DNA of 64,000 bases, taken from the sequence record LC819005.1, one strand, 5' to 3'. Both the position numbers and the translations under genes were made by a program. Shown here piece by piece: positions 35,728 to 45,587 of the stretch (the first letter of the stretch is position 1; the number at the start of each line of letters is the position of its first letter). Below the pieces are notes generated by a model. The model did not search any database. It saw only the letters and a program-made list of their open reading frames with translations, and was not told where the DNA came from.

Positions 35728-38514
35728 TTACAGCTTGCAGGCGCCACCACCGCACGCGTCTTCCTGTTCGGATTCCACGTACTCCACGTCCGGCATGGTG
35801 TACAGCTTGATCCATGCTTCCGTGTTCCAGACGTGCCAGCTGTTGCCGATCAGATAGCTGTCGCCGAATTCGTCACCCGAGGTGGGCAAGTCACCGACAC
35901 GCGCTACCGTACCGCGGAACTTCACGAGACAGTCCGTACCGAAGAGTTCACGTGCTACTGCGAACTTCTCTTCCGCTTCCGCGTAAGCTGACGGCTGCTT
36001 CACTTCAAACGACACGGCGTCTCCCGACGCTGCTTTGCTGATTGCCAGTGCAGCAATTTCTTTTGCACCCGGCGCGTAACCCGGAATGCCGCCACTGCTC
36101 AGATCCAGCGGAGGTTGCTTGGCACTGAAGTCGTGATCAGCCGGAAGCAGTGCCTTCACGACCTTGCTTTCTGCCGCCACTGCCGCGATCACGTGTTCCG
36201 CATCATTCGCCGCTGCTGCTTCCGTGGCTTTCGCCGCTTCTGCCGCACCCGGAATCTTGTCCACCAACGAAACCGCCGCCGCCGTATCCTTGACCTTCGG
36301 ACGCAGCGTGTTGGTGTAGTAGCGGCTCTTCATACCCCGCATGATCATGTACAGGAAATTCCGAACCACTTCTTCTTCCGAGACCTTCGTCTCACCCGAC
36401 TTGAACTTGCGATACAGGTCAGCCGAGATGCCCTGGTCCGTCCACTTCTGCATCACTGCGTAGCAGTCGATCAGGTCTTCGGTTGCGATGTCCCATGCCG
36501 ATTGATACGCGTCGCCGAGGATGTCGCCATCCACCGCCGCCCAACGGATCATGTTGTTGTCGCCATCGCCCTTGGTGATCACCACCGAACGGATCGGGTA
36601 GACCGAGTTGGTCGAACCCAACGCCTTCGAGGACGATTCGCCCGGCATCATGGACGACAGCACGCTGTGACCGAGCCCGCCGTTGTCGATCAGTTGCTGC
36701 TTCACAGCAGCCCAGTCGTACACGTTCTCGAACGATGCGATCTTGTCGACGTTCTTGTTGTACGTATCGAGCGGCGTCCAGCCTTCCGGCCACTTCGTCT
36801 TGTGCATCCACGGCGCAACACCACGCTCCTTCGAGATCTTGATCGAAGCCTGGATCAGGAAGTACATGTGACGTTCGAACACACGGTGAATTTCCTGCTT
36901 GCCTTCCACCGTATCCCAGCGCAGACCCTTGCGCGCCATGTGCGTGGCCAGACCCATGATACCGACGCCGGCGTTCATCCGTTGCTTGGCCGTATAGGCC
37001 AGGTGCGGGAACGGGTACTTGCCGTTCAGAACCGTGAAGTCGATCATCTTCAGCGCGTAGTAGCAGGCGTCGAAGTAGTCGGCGTCATCCGTGATGTTCT
37101 CGATCGGGATCGCGGCCAGGTTACACATGGCGATTTCGCCACGGCCGTGATCTTCGTAGCTGTACAGATCGCGCATGTCGTAGTACGGGGCCTGGATCTC
37201 GAAGATTTCCTGGCACAGGTTCGACGAATGGATGCGATGCGTCGGCGTGATCTTGAACGGCGTGTGACGGTTCGCTTCGTGGATGTTCGTCAGGTACGCC
37301 GTACCCGTGTCGAACGCTTCCGCGAACGAGTGCAGCACCAGCTTACGCGCCGAAATGTACTTCTTCGGGAACAGCGGATCGTTCTCGTACTTGTTGTACA
37401 GTTCGACGAAGCCCTTGATGTCGTCCGAGAAGAACTTGTCGAAGAGATCCGGCGCCGAGAACTTCGTGAACGTGAAGATGTCTTCCGACTTCTGCACCTT
37501 CGCCGCGAACCACGGATTCACCAGCATCGAGAAGTGCAGTTCGCGCAGCTGCTTGTCCGCCGGTTGCAGCGGATTGCGGTATTGCACGATGTCCACAGCT
37601 TCCGGATCGAATGCGGAGAAGCTCGTCGTTCCAGCACCAGCACGGGCAGCTTGCTTGTTCGCGATGGTCGCTTCAGCATTGGCTTTGTAGTAGCGATACT
37701 TACCTGCGTGCTTGACACGGCCCTTGGCAACCGGGTCGCCGACGGTGCGCGTGTTGATGAACGAACCGAGCCCAGCCGAGTTCACGGTCATTTTGTACGC
37801 AATGTGGTCGCCAATCGCGAGCGACTCCGCGTCGTCGTCCGACGTGAAGATGCAGCACGAGGCGTAACCGTTGTGCGTCGAGCCCAGGTACAGGTAGTTC
37901 GGCGTCGGTGCCGAGAGCTTCTTGCCCGAGAGCTTTTCGTAGAACTTGCGCACGTGCATCATGCGCTGAGCCTTCGGCTCTTTCTCGGCGAGTTGCATCG
38001 CCATACGCATGTACAGGTGCTGCGGCGTTTCGAAGATCTCGCCGGTGGCGTGATTGCGAATCGCGTACTTGTCACGGATCTGCTTCAGCGCAAATTCCGG
38101 ATAGAAGAAATCCCGGGTATGGTCGATGATCGATTCGATCTTCGCGTATTCTTCACGCGAGTAGTTCAGCTTGCACATCAGGCCCAGTTCTTCGCTGGCC
38201 AGGCGCGTGTGTTGTTCGTAGACGGTCGGCGGGGTGATGCTGCCGTAGACGTCCTTGCGGTACACGGTCGCAAACAGGCGTCCGGCCATCAAATACGCAG
38301 GCCACGTCCGGATTGCGAGCAACTCTTCGATCAGCGCGAGCATCAGTTCACGCGTGGAGGCCTTCTCGGGTAGCTTCGCGACAGCGGCCAGCGCCGCTTG
38401 AGACCAGTCCACACGGTTCGAAAGGTGATTGGCGGCCCATTCGCCCCAGCCATTCAGCTTGCCTGGGATCATAGGCTCTTCAGAGCCATTTCGCTTGATA
38501 AGAGTCTGCAACAT
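35728..38514 (-). CDS. nrdA: Ribonucleotide reductase class Ia alpha subunit with C-terminal insertion
   Basis: LSAPTP, YASCC, SSNLCQEI, AMCNL, KSRYY and terminal ACGGGACKL. Confidence 0.95.
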   Translation of the reverse strand: MLQTLIKRNGSEEPMIPGKLNGWGEWAANHLSNRVDWSQAALAAVAKLPEKASTRELMLALIEELLAIRTWPAYLMAGRLFATVYRKDVYGSITPPTVYEQHTRLASEELGLMCKLNYSREEYAKIESIIDHTRDFFYPEFALKQIRDKYAIRNHATGEIFETPQHLYMRMAMQLAEKEPKAQRMMHVRKFYEKLSGKKLSAPTPNYLYLGSTHNGYASCCIFTSDDDAESLAIGDHIAYKMTVNSAGLGSFINTRTVGDPVAKGRVKHAGKYRYYKANAEATIANKQAARAGAGTTSFSAFDPEAVDIVQYRNPLQPADKQLRELHFSMLVNPWFAAKVQKSEDIFTFTKFSAPDLFDKFFSDDIKGFVELYNKYENDPLFPKKYISARKLVLHSFAEAFDTGTAYLTNIHEANRHTPFKITPTHRIHSSNLCQEIFEIQAPYYDMRDLYSYEDHGRGEIAMCNLAAIPIENITDDADYFDACYYALKMIDFTVLNGKYPFPHLAYTAKQRMNAGVGIMGLATHMARKGLRWDTVEGKQEIHRVFERHMYFLIQASIKISKERGVAPWMHKTKWPEGWTPLDTYNKNVDKIASFENVYDWAAVKQQLIDNGGLGHSVLSSMMPGESSSKALGSTNSVYPIRSVVITKGDGDNNMIRWAAVDGDILGDAYQSAWDIATEDLIDCYAVMQKWTDQGISADLYRKFKSGETKVSEEEVVRNFLYMIMRGMKSRYYTNTLRPKVKDTAAAVSLVDKIPGAAEAAKATEAAAANDAEHVIAAVAAESKVVKALLPADHDFSAKQPPLDLSSGGIPGYAPGAKEIAALAISKAASGDAVSFEVKQPSAYAEAEEKFAVARELFGTDCLVKFRGTVARVGDLPTSGDEFGDSYLIGNSWHVWNTEAWIKLYTMPDVEYVESEQEDACGGGACKL

Positions 38515-38718
38515 AATCGTGTTTTTGGAGAGAAATGGTTAATGTGTGCTTAAACAATGGGAGAACGATGGCTTCTCCAACACACGAAGGATCAGTCCGG
38601 TAATTTTACCATGACGCATAAGGCGGCCAGTCGACACGAACGGATTTCGTCGTGTCTTTAGAGGGCTTGGTTATACCCTCCTCTCGGCTTCGGCATAGCA
38701 TAGAGGGTCGTTCAAAAC

Positions 38719-38770
38719 CAAAAAATAAAGAGGCAGCATAAAACCCCGTGAGCCACGAGGGCTCACGGGG
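38719..38770 (-). terminator. Hairpin + TTTTATGCTG + T-tract
   Basis: CCCCGTGAGCC/GGCTCACGGGG stem then TTTTATGCTGCCTCTTTATTTTTTGG. Confidence 0.8.
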
Positions 38771-38777
38771 CTAGGCC

Positions 38778-39227
38778 TTAGTTAGGCACGATAATGCGCG
38801 ATTCGTCGGGCTCTTGCACGGGTTCCGGGACTGGAAAATGGACCAGCATAGGCGCAAATTCCACATTCTCGTTGACCGTGCAGGTTCCTGCCAGCATCGC
38901 CTTGGGCTGAATGGTGATCTGCCCGCGTTTGAGGTCCAGCGAGTAGCAGTACATCACGCGAAAACGATCTTCTTCCGTCCAAACCGAGAGATCCTGACGA
39001 TCGGCCAGCACTTCATGCGAATTCATCATGAAGTTCAGGTCCAGAAACAGCGTGGAGGCCATTACAGCCGCGTGTTTCTTCTGATCCTCACGATTCCCGA
39101 GGCACTGCTCCAGCACTGCGGCCTTTCCCTCGCAGAATTGCAGCAATTTCTTCAGTTGCGGGTCAGGATTCTTGTGCACCTCGTCCGCCATCTTCGACAG
39201 AAAGGCAATTTCGCCACGCTTATCCAT
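38778..39227 (-). CDS. Hypothetical protein
   Basis: Probable start MDKRGEIAF; overlaps the end of the upstream ORF. Confidence 0.7.
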   Translation of the reverse strand: MDKRGEIAFLSKMADEVHKNPDPQLKKLLQFCEGKAAVLEQCLGNREDQKKHAAVMASTLFLDLNFMMNSHEVLADRQDLSVWTEEDRFRVMYCYSLDLKRGQITIQPKAMLAGTCTVNENVEFAPMLVHFPVPEPVQEPDESRIIVPN

Positions 39228-39804
39228 TACAAAGCCTATTTCCTTCAGCGTCTTCAAGCGCGCTGTGTATTTGAGTTGGGTTACACATCTGAAACACCAC
39301 CAAACCGTTGTCCCAGATGTCTGCGAGTCGATAGACACTACCGAAGTCCATCACCGCCGGGCTTTTGAAGCGTTGCAGCACACTGATGATCGTGCCGATA
39401 AACTTCTGCAACGCAGCGGTGAGCATAATCAACTGCTCTTGGACTTGTTCCTCGATGATCCGCGGATCTGATAGACGACTCCGGACTCCTTGACGTAAGG
39501 CTTCGATATCTCGGGAGGTAATGAACTCGTCCGTGACGGCGACAACGCTCTCCCAATCGCAGTAATAATAGCAAGCCAGATCGATGACATCTGCAACCTC
39601 CACTTGTAGACAGGGCGGAACACTCGTGATGAACCGCACGATCTCGTCACGTATAGTAATCGAGAAACGTGCGGGCATGCGCTCCAGAACACGCGGATAG
39701 TGACAATCGAACTCTTCTACCGCGTAGATTGGGATGAAGTCAAAGAGACCTTGATCCACCCCCAACGTGAAATACCGATCATCACCATTTGGGACTATCA
39801 TCAT
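39220..39804 (-). CDS. Hypothetical protein, possible paralog of the 39782..41032 N-terminal domain
   Basis: 194 aa; RFKSPAVMDFGSVYRLADIWDNGLVVFQM resembles RFPIVESESIYGVAEYARGIIVLQL. Confidence 0.7.
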   Translation of the reverse strand: MMIVPNGDDRYFTLGVDQGLFDFIPIYAVEEFDCHYPRVLERMPARFSITIRDEIVRFITSVPPCLQVEVADVIDLACYYYCDWESVVAVTDEFITSRDIEALRQGVRSRLSDPRIIEEQVQEQLIMLTAALQKFIGTIISVLQRFKSPAVMDFGSVYRLADIWDNGLVVFQMCNPTQIHSALEDAEGNRLCNG

Positions 39805-41032
39805 ACGGTATCATGTTATCGACGGGTTTGCTACCATCGGCATTGACCCATTTATCGTTCTCGTCGAAAGACCCGAACTCTTCAATTGGGTCCGGCGGAA
39901 TGGGTTTCCATGTTGCACCGGATTCCTTGAACGCCTTGTCACGGGCCGCTTCTTCAGCGAACTCTCGCTCGATAAGAATGCGCTCCATGTCCTCACCAGT
40001 AGGATCGGGTCGCCACGTCGCGCCCGACTGCTTAAACGCCTGCTCTCGCCGGTAGTTCTCGTACAGTTCCTGGATCTCGTCCCAGCGATCCAGTTCACCA
40101 TCACTAGTGTTCCGGTAATTCGGGCTGTTCGGATCGAGAATCTCCAGTACCTTGGCATGAAGCGCCGTTGCATCCGAATCATCAGAGCGAACAGGCTGGC
40201 TGAGCTTGAAGCTCTTCTGAGCCAGTGTCCCGATATCGGTCTGGATCGTAGTGACTCGCAAACCGTTCGGGCTGGTGTGGCCCTCGATCGTGAAGTTACC
40301 CGTCAAAGGCGGCATTGAATCTAGCAGGCTATCGCCCACCCGCAAGGTCATGTCAACGGTGCCGTCCGGATTGACGTATCCCTCGCCAGTAGGGTCACCC
40401 GAAAGCAAACCCTTCACCGGCTGATCGATATACTCGCGGCCACCGTAAGCTTCGACGAACTGTTCGTACGTCTTCAGCTGCAGCACTATAATGCCACGCG
40501 CATACTCTGCGACGCCATAGATCGACTCGCTTTCCACAATGGGAAAGCGTGCGTTGATCAAATAACGTTGCACGACGCTCGCGATCTCGTAGAGCACGTC
40601 CATCGAGTTGGTGAAGGGACCACCGCCGAGGATGGCTGATGTGTCACTGTCTTCCAGTCCGAGCCGCGCTTGGATCTCAGCAGCCACCTCGTTTTCGAAT
40701 GCACCCCAGAGCATATCCGGGATGTCCGATTCATTACCGAGGCAGTCTGTGACGATCTCAGCGATACGTCTGACATCAAGCGCACCTACACCGTCAATGC
40801 TGATCACCCGCAGGTACTTGGCAATGTCGCTCACGTCGATAAAAACGATGAACGGCAAGTCCTTGACGCAGTAGAGATACTCGTCCTTGTTGGCGAAGTC
40901 ATCAAAGGACACCTTGGGCGTGTCCATGATGTCTGCGGGCATAATCGGTTGCCGGAAGAAGTTGTCGTCCTTCTGGTACTTCAGCACGCCTCGGTCTTCT
41001 GGCGGCTCCTGGTCCTGTTCAAGTATAGTCAC
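39782..41032 (-). CDS. Acidic hypothetical protein
   Basis: 416 aa; duplicated AFK(Q/E)SGATW(R/K)P motif near the C-terminus. Confidence 0.8.
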   Translation of the reverse strand: MTILEQDQEPPEDRGVLKYQKDDNFFRQPIMPADIMDTPKVSFDDFANKDEYLYCVKDLPFIVFIDVSDIAKYLRVISIDGVGALDVRRIAEIVTDCLGNESDIPDMLWGAFENEVAAEIQARLGLEDSDTSAILGGGPFTNSMDVLYEIASVVQRYLINARFPIVESESIYGVAEYARGIIVLQLKTYEQFVEAYGGREYIDQPVKGLLSGDPTGEGYVNPDGTVDMTLRVGDSLLDSMPPLTGNFTIEGHTSPNGLRVTTIQTDIGTLAQKSFKLSQPVRSDDSDATALHAKVLEILDPNSPNYRNTSDGELDRWDEIQELYENYRREQAFKQSGATWRPDPTGEDMERILIEREFAEEAARDKAFKESGATWKPIPPDPIEEFGSFDENDKWVNADGSKPVDNMIPYDDSPKW

Positions 41033-41033
41033 G

Positions 41034-41516
41034 TTACATCCTTTTCATTACGAATTCTACGAGATCCATGGCGCCCAGCTTCTCAAAGATCATGAGCTTT
41101 TGATTGGAGCGGGCAACACGATAAGGGAAGAAATCCTCAAAGTCGTGCGTCACGCGATTCATCAATTCCTCGTACTTGTTAAGAAAAGCGGCGTCTACCA
41201 CTTCATCGACCATCGGCGTCATGCCCGCGCCTCGTCCAGTGACAAGTATCCGGCGCGACATATCGTTGCCGTGCCAGAGTTGCAATGCGCTGGTCAGATC
41301 AAGACACTTCTCGCCCCACACATCGGCAGGCACCAGGGTATAGGCCTTTTGCATCACTGCGTTGTTGTGCGTGATGAGATGTTTGGGATAGCGGAGCACG
41401 GTATCAAACAGAAACTTCAATTCCGTGCGCGTGGTGCGCGGTAGACTCAGCTGACGGGCGCTATCGTTCAAGACTGCATCATTGGAGAGGTCGTCCAGGT
41501 CGGTGAGACGTCTCAT
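41034..41516 (-). CDS. Hypothetical protein
   Basis: 160 aa with AGGAGG RBS. Confidence 0.8.
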   Translation of the reverse strand: MRRLTDLDDLSNDAVLNDSARQLSLPRTTRTELKFLFDTVLRYPKHLITHNNAVMQKAYTLVPADVWGEKCLDLTSALQLWHGNDMSRRILVTGRGAGMTPMVDEVVDAAFLNKYEELMNRVTHDFEDFFPYRVARSNQKLMIFEKLGAMDLVEFVMKRM

Positions 41517-41614
41517 ATCTCCCTCCTAAGAAATATACACAGAATCCCCGCTCGTTGTAAAAACGGGCGTGACGGCATAAAAGCCAGACTGCCCGAAGGC
41601 AATCCGGCCAGCAA

Positions 41615-41932
41615 TCAGTAATTCGGTCGTTCGATGGCGAAACCGAAGGGTTGGCCGGCGAATCCCATCGCCGCCATGTTCACACGCATTTCGTCTTCCG
41701 ACTCACCTTCGATCACGATGGGGGTGTCGAAGAGGTCTGGATTCAGACGGCGCATCGCACTGATCGTGTCAGCGTCGTGGGTGGTGTGCGTCGGGTATTC
41801 GACCGCAACATTCACGTCACGGAAACCGGACTGGCGGAGAGCCGCAGCAACCACGGTGCAGAGTTGGCTATTTTCTTCAGCCGTACCGCCATTGACAGCG
41901 ATGGACATGCCGGCAGCGAAATTGTTGAACAT
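41615..41932 (-). CDS. Hypothetical protein, paralog of 62198..62527
   Basis: GFRDV...PTH...AMRRLNPDLF motif. Confidence 0.8.
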   Translation of the reverse strand: MFNNFAAGMSIAVNGGTAEENSQLCTVVAAALRQSGFRDVNVAVEYPTHTTHDADTISAMRRLNPDLFDTPIVIEGESEDEMRVNMAAMGFAGQPFGFAIERPNY

Positions 41933-42074
41933 GATGGGCTTTGCGATGTTGAGGTGTTAAGAAGCGTCGGTGAGTGGTTTTATGGACCGACGGTGCTATG
42001 AAGAAGGGGACTGAGGAGGTGGCTCAGTTCCCCTTGCGCATAACAATGATGCTTGTGTTTTTCTTTGCAGAAAA

Positions 42075-42344
42075 TCAGCTGTCAGACATGTGATTCAGCG
42101 CGTCCTGGTTGCGCATTTCGTGGCACACCTGATCCAGATCACTCATCGTTTCCTTCAGCACGTCAACGCACTGCTGGTGGAAATCGATCTTGTACTGATC
42201 CCCGCGCTGGATACGGTCACGCCACTTCGGATACTTCTCGTGCTCCTTGCCGTGTTTGGCATGGAGCGCTTTATGCCGGTCCAGCTGCGACTGGTGATGG
42301 GCGAGGAGGTCTTGCAGGTTTTTGATCTTAACGGAATTGGTCAT
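42075..42344 (-). CDS. Small helical hypothetical protein
   Basis: 89-aa ORF. Confidence 0.7.
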   Translation of the reverse strand: MTNSVKIKNLQDLLAHHQSQLDRHKALHAKHGKEHEKYPKWRDRIQRGDQYKIDFHQQCVDVLKETMSDLDQVCHEMRNQDALNHMSDS

Positions 42345-42436
42345 GGCATCATAATTCTGGAAAAAGCCCCAGGAGAGACGGACGTGAACATGTCTCTCCC
42401 GGGGAAAACCCTCCCCCCGGAGGGTTTGGAGATACG

Positions 42437-44392
42437 TTACGCGAAGAAACTGAGGAACGTGCGATAGTCGATGATCTCGACGCCGAGCATGGTGGCCTTG
42501 CGAACCTTGGAGCCCGCAGATTCACCCGCTACCACGTAATCGGTTTTCGCACTGACACTACCAGCTACTTGACCACCGGCTGCGAGCACGCGGTTTTCCA
42601 ACGAGTCCTTGGTTTCCGGGAACTTGCCCGAGAAGACAAAGGTCTTGTCTGCCACACCCATGACCTTGACGATATCGCCCATCTCTTCGATCTGCAGATG
42701 CACGTACAGATCCATGGCGTCCTGCTTCTTCTGTGCGTTCGAAAAGAAGTTGGCGATGTTCGCGGCGGTGCTGGGTCCAACGTCCGGTGCCTTGAGTTCG
42801 AGCACCTTCTCAGGCGTGTCGAGTTCAAAGAGGGCTGCATGTCGATGGATACGTTGCGCCAGCTTACGGGCAGTCGACTTACCCACCTCCAGAATCCCCA
42901 GAGACATGATAAAACGGTCCATGGTGGTGCTGGTGGAGGCAGCGATAGCCCAACGTAGCTTCTCGGCTGAGTAAGCCGTGTAGCCATCGAGCGACTCGAT
43001 CTCAGCGACAGTGAGTCTGTACAGATCGGCTGTACGATGAACGATCCCGGCCTTGAGCATCAGGTCAATCGTGTTCTCGGCGAGACCGTCGATGTCCAAC
43101 ACATCTCTGGACACGGCGTAGGCAATGCTGGCCACGGCTTGCGCCTCACAGCGAGAGTTGTCGCAGTAATACGCGGCACCCCGCTTGACCACACTGCCCG
43201 TACAGCACGGACACACTGCAGGGAACAACACAGGGCGAGCCTCGGGTGACGCACTGAGCAACTTACCAAAGTGCGGAATCACGTCACCCGAACGATACAC
43301 CTCGTAGTTGTTGCCGATCGCGATCTGCTTCTCGCGAATCCGGTCCTCGTTGTGCAGGGAGACCGACGTCACAACGACACCCATAAGTGGCGTTGCGGTG
43401 ATCTTGGCCACCGGCGCGATTTCACCTGTACGCCCAACCTGGAAAACAACGTCGACGACAGTGCATTCTCCTTTAATTGGAGGAAACTTGTACGCAAAGG
43501 CCCATCGTGGAGAATGCGACGTCTCGCCAAGCTGGACCTGTTTAGCTGTATCGTTAATTTTGAAGACCATCCCGTCAATGTCAAACGGGATATCCCCTCG
43601 TTCACGAATCTCTGCGATCTGTTCGAACACTTCGTGGATCGCCGATGGCGTAAGCAGGAAGCAACTGAGCATTGAGAACCCGAGATTCTTGAGCGTCTCA
43701 AGCTTGTCCGTGTATGCGTTGAAGACAAAGTCAGCTCCTTCGATGTCGTAAGGAACGAACGAAATGCCGTGCGTATGCCGACTCGGCTCATCCCGACCCA
43801 GCAACCCCACCACCGCACTGCGACAGTTGGCATAACGTTCTGATAGCGAGTTCATGACTTCTAGCCAGCTCTTCTTGACTAGGGCTTCCCCACGGATCTC
43901 TACCGTTCCCTTGGTGTCAATCCGGTCTCGAACAAACTGCGCGGCGTGCTTGGTAATGTCTTCACCGTATTCGCCGTCTCCACGCGTGAGCGAGCGAGTG
44001 AACATCCCATCGACGTAATGGTTCGATACCGCCATTCCGTCGTACTTGAATTCACCGACAACCTGAACCTCTGGGCCGAACATACCAGTCCAGAGATTAA
44101 TCCACGACTGCGCTTCGTCGCGATCCAACGCATTCTCCAGAGACTGCATCGGGAATTCGTGGCGCAGGTGATCCTTTTCCTTGTTGCCAGGCTCCACGTA
44201 ACCAACCTTGTAGGTCGGCGAGAGTTCCAGGGTTTGATCCGGGTTAGCTTGCTCCCAGGCGATCAGGGCTTTACGTGTCTCGTCGTACTCCGGGTCAGAG
44301 ATGGGTGATTCTCCGCCCGAATGGTAGATACGATGGTATTCCGCCATTTTGCTGGCGAGACTCACGTATTCGAGGTAGTTGTTGATTATCAT
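42437..44392 (-). CDS. ligA: NAD+-dependent DNA ligase
   Basis: EFKYDG adenylation motif, TRGDGEYGED, IDGMVFK, PRWAFAYKF, VGRTG, C4 zinc finger, HhH repeats and BRCT. Confidence 0.97.
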   Translation of the reverse strand: MIINNYLEYVSLASKMAEYHRIYHSGGESPISDPEYDETRKALIAWEQANPDQTLELSPTYKVGYVEPGNKEKDHLRHEFPMQSLENALDRDEAQSWINLWTGMFGPEVQVVGEFKYDGMAVSNHYVDGMFTRSLTRGDGEYGEDITKHAAQFVRDRIDTKGTVEIRGEALVKKSWLEVMNSLSERYANCRSAVVGLLGRDEPSRHTHGISFVPYDIEGADFVFNAYTDKLETLKNLGFSMLSCFLLTPSAIHEVFEQIAEIRERGDIPFDIDGMVFKINDTAKQVQLGETSHSPRWAFAYKFPPIKGECTVVDVVFQVGRTGEIAPVAKITATPLMGVVVTSVSLHNEDRIREKQIAIGNNYEVYRSGDVIPHFGKLLSASPEARPVLFPAVCPCCTGSVVKRGAAYYCDNSRCEAQAVASIAYAVSRDVLDIDGLAENTIDLMLKAGIVHRTADLYRLTVAEIESLDGYTAYSAEKLRWAIAASTSTTMDRFIMSLGILEVGKSTARKLAQRIHRHAALFELDTPEKVLELKAPDVGPSTAANIANFFSNAQKKQDAMDLYVHLQIEEMGDIVKVMGVADKTFVFSGKFPETKDSLENRVLAAGGQVAGSVSAKTDYVVAGESAGSKVRKATMLGVEIIDYRTFLSFFA

Positions 44393-45132
44393 TTTTCTTT
44401 GTACTCATCAAGAATGAAGTGCCGCGCAACCATCGCCCCGGGCGCGTTTGGATATTCGTCACTGACCACGATGCCGCGCAGCGGCAGCATATACGTGTCT
44501 TGACCGTGAATCATTTCGTCAACCGTTTTAGCGATGGTCTCGTAACAGGCAAACATCGAATACTCGGTTGTCATAGACTTGCCGATGTCTTCGAGGATGT
44601 CATCCACGTCTACCGATTGCCCGTCGACATAAAGACGCTCTACCCGACACACCACCGACTGGCTAGTGTATTGCGGCAGTCTGCCCAGCCGAATGAACTT
44701 ACGAACCGCATTCGGCACAGCGTGGGCGGGTAACTGCTTGCGACGAAACTGTTGCGGGTCCGAGATCGTCAGAATCACGTGCATCGTGATCTTGCCGTGT
44801 TGCGGAATATCAGAAGGCACAAAACGCAGCGCCGTAAGGTCCGACAGACGCTCGCCCTCTTCTCCCGTTCCCTTCAGGATCAGACTGCGGAACTTACCGT
44901 CCTGGTAATTGACGCTCGCTTCCAGACCGTAGTTGTCGTACGAGACGAGAACAGTCCGGTCCTTGTAGTCTGCCATCGCGGCGAGCACATGCTCGACGAT
45001 ATTCTTGCGGTCTACGGTTTCGGTGATAAAGATGGGAAATGCAACGGGATGTCGTTCGATGCCTCGCACCGGTCCCTCTTTTCCCAACAGGTCAGTGTCG
45101 TCGTCGAGTTTCATGATGAAGGCCTCATTCAT
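44389..45132 (-). CDS. Degenerate LigA adenylation-domain paralog
   Basis: Aligns by eye to the LigA N-terminal domain (SYDNYGLEASVNYQDGKF..ILKGTGEEGE) but lacks KxDG; ATGA-coupled to ligA. Confidence 0.7.
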   Translation of the reverse strand: MNEAFIMKLDDDTDLLGKEGPVRGIERHPVAFPIFITETVDRKNIVEHVLAAMADYKDRTVLVSYDNYGLEASVNYQDGKFRSLILKGTGEEGERLSDLTALRFVPSDIPQHGKITMHVILTISDPQQFRRKQLPAHAVPNAVRKFIRLGRLPQYTSQSVVCRVERLYVDGQSVDVDDILEDIGKSMTTEYSMFACYETIAKTVDEMIHGQDTYMLPLRGIVVSDEYPNAPGAMVARHFILDEYKEK

Positions 45133-45221
45133 TTTGCAGTAGACTCCTTACACTTGAATACCGCTCGTAGTAAAAAGCGGCATAAGACCCAGAGAGCCGA
45201 AGCCCTCCGGGTCGTGGCTCT

Positions 45222-45587
45222 TTATGCCTTTGCAATAGGTTCTTCGTGCTTGCCTTCTTCACACTTGTGAAACCGCCAGCAGCCGATATCTCTCAACACG
45301 TAGACCTTGTACTCGTTACGCGAACGCATCACGATCACCGGTTCTACCTTGTCTTCAGTACCCTGCGGTGACTTCCACTTCACTGATGTAGTGTAGCCAG
45401 TCAGAATACCGTCGCAACCGAAGGCAGCACTGAGTCGCGGGACAAACTCGATGACAGCGTCCAGTGGCGGCCAATACCCTTTCGGATGTGGTGTGTAAGA
45501 GAATCGTTCATCCCACAACGGAATCATCCCTTCGTACGGATCAGGCCCCGGATCAGGTAACCTCACCTTGATACCGTCCCCCATCAC
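45222..45587 (-). CDS. Hypothetical protein
   Basis: 121-aa ORF. Confidence 0.75.
   Translation of the reverse strand: MMGDGIKVRLPDPGPDPYEGMIPLWDERFSYTPHPKGYWPPLDAVIEFVPRLSAAFGCDGILTGYTTSVKWKSPQGTEDKVEPVIVMRSRNEYKVYVLRDIGCWRFHKCEEGKHEEPIAKA

Noticed and set aside
36115-38373. 752-aa plus-strand ORF, and similar ones opposite the helicase, nrdB and the 621-aa gene
   Set aside because: Antisense to strongly codon-biased genes; typical shadow ORFs in GC-rich DNA.
34362-38514. Introns or inteins in nrdA/nrdB
   Set aside because: Both reading frames are continuous and no intein splice motifs are seen; the only extra sequence is the NrdA C-terminal insert reported separately.
38520-38700. NrdR box or riboswitch upstream of nrdA
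   Set aside because: Several hairpins and extra TATGC copies are present, but no convincing NrdR palindrome or known riboswitch consensus.
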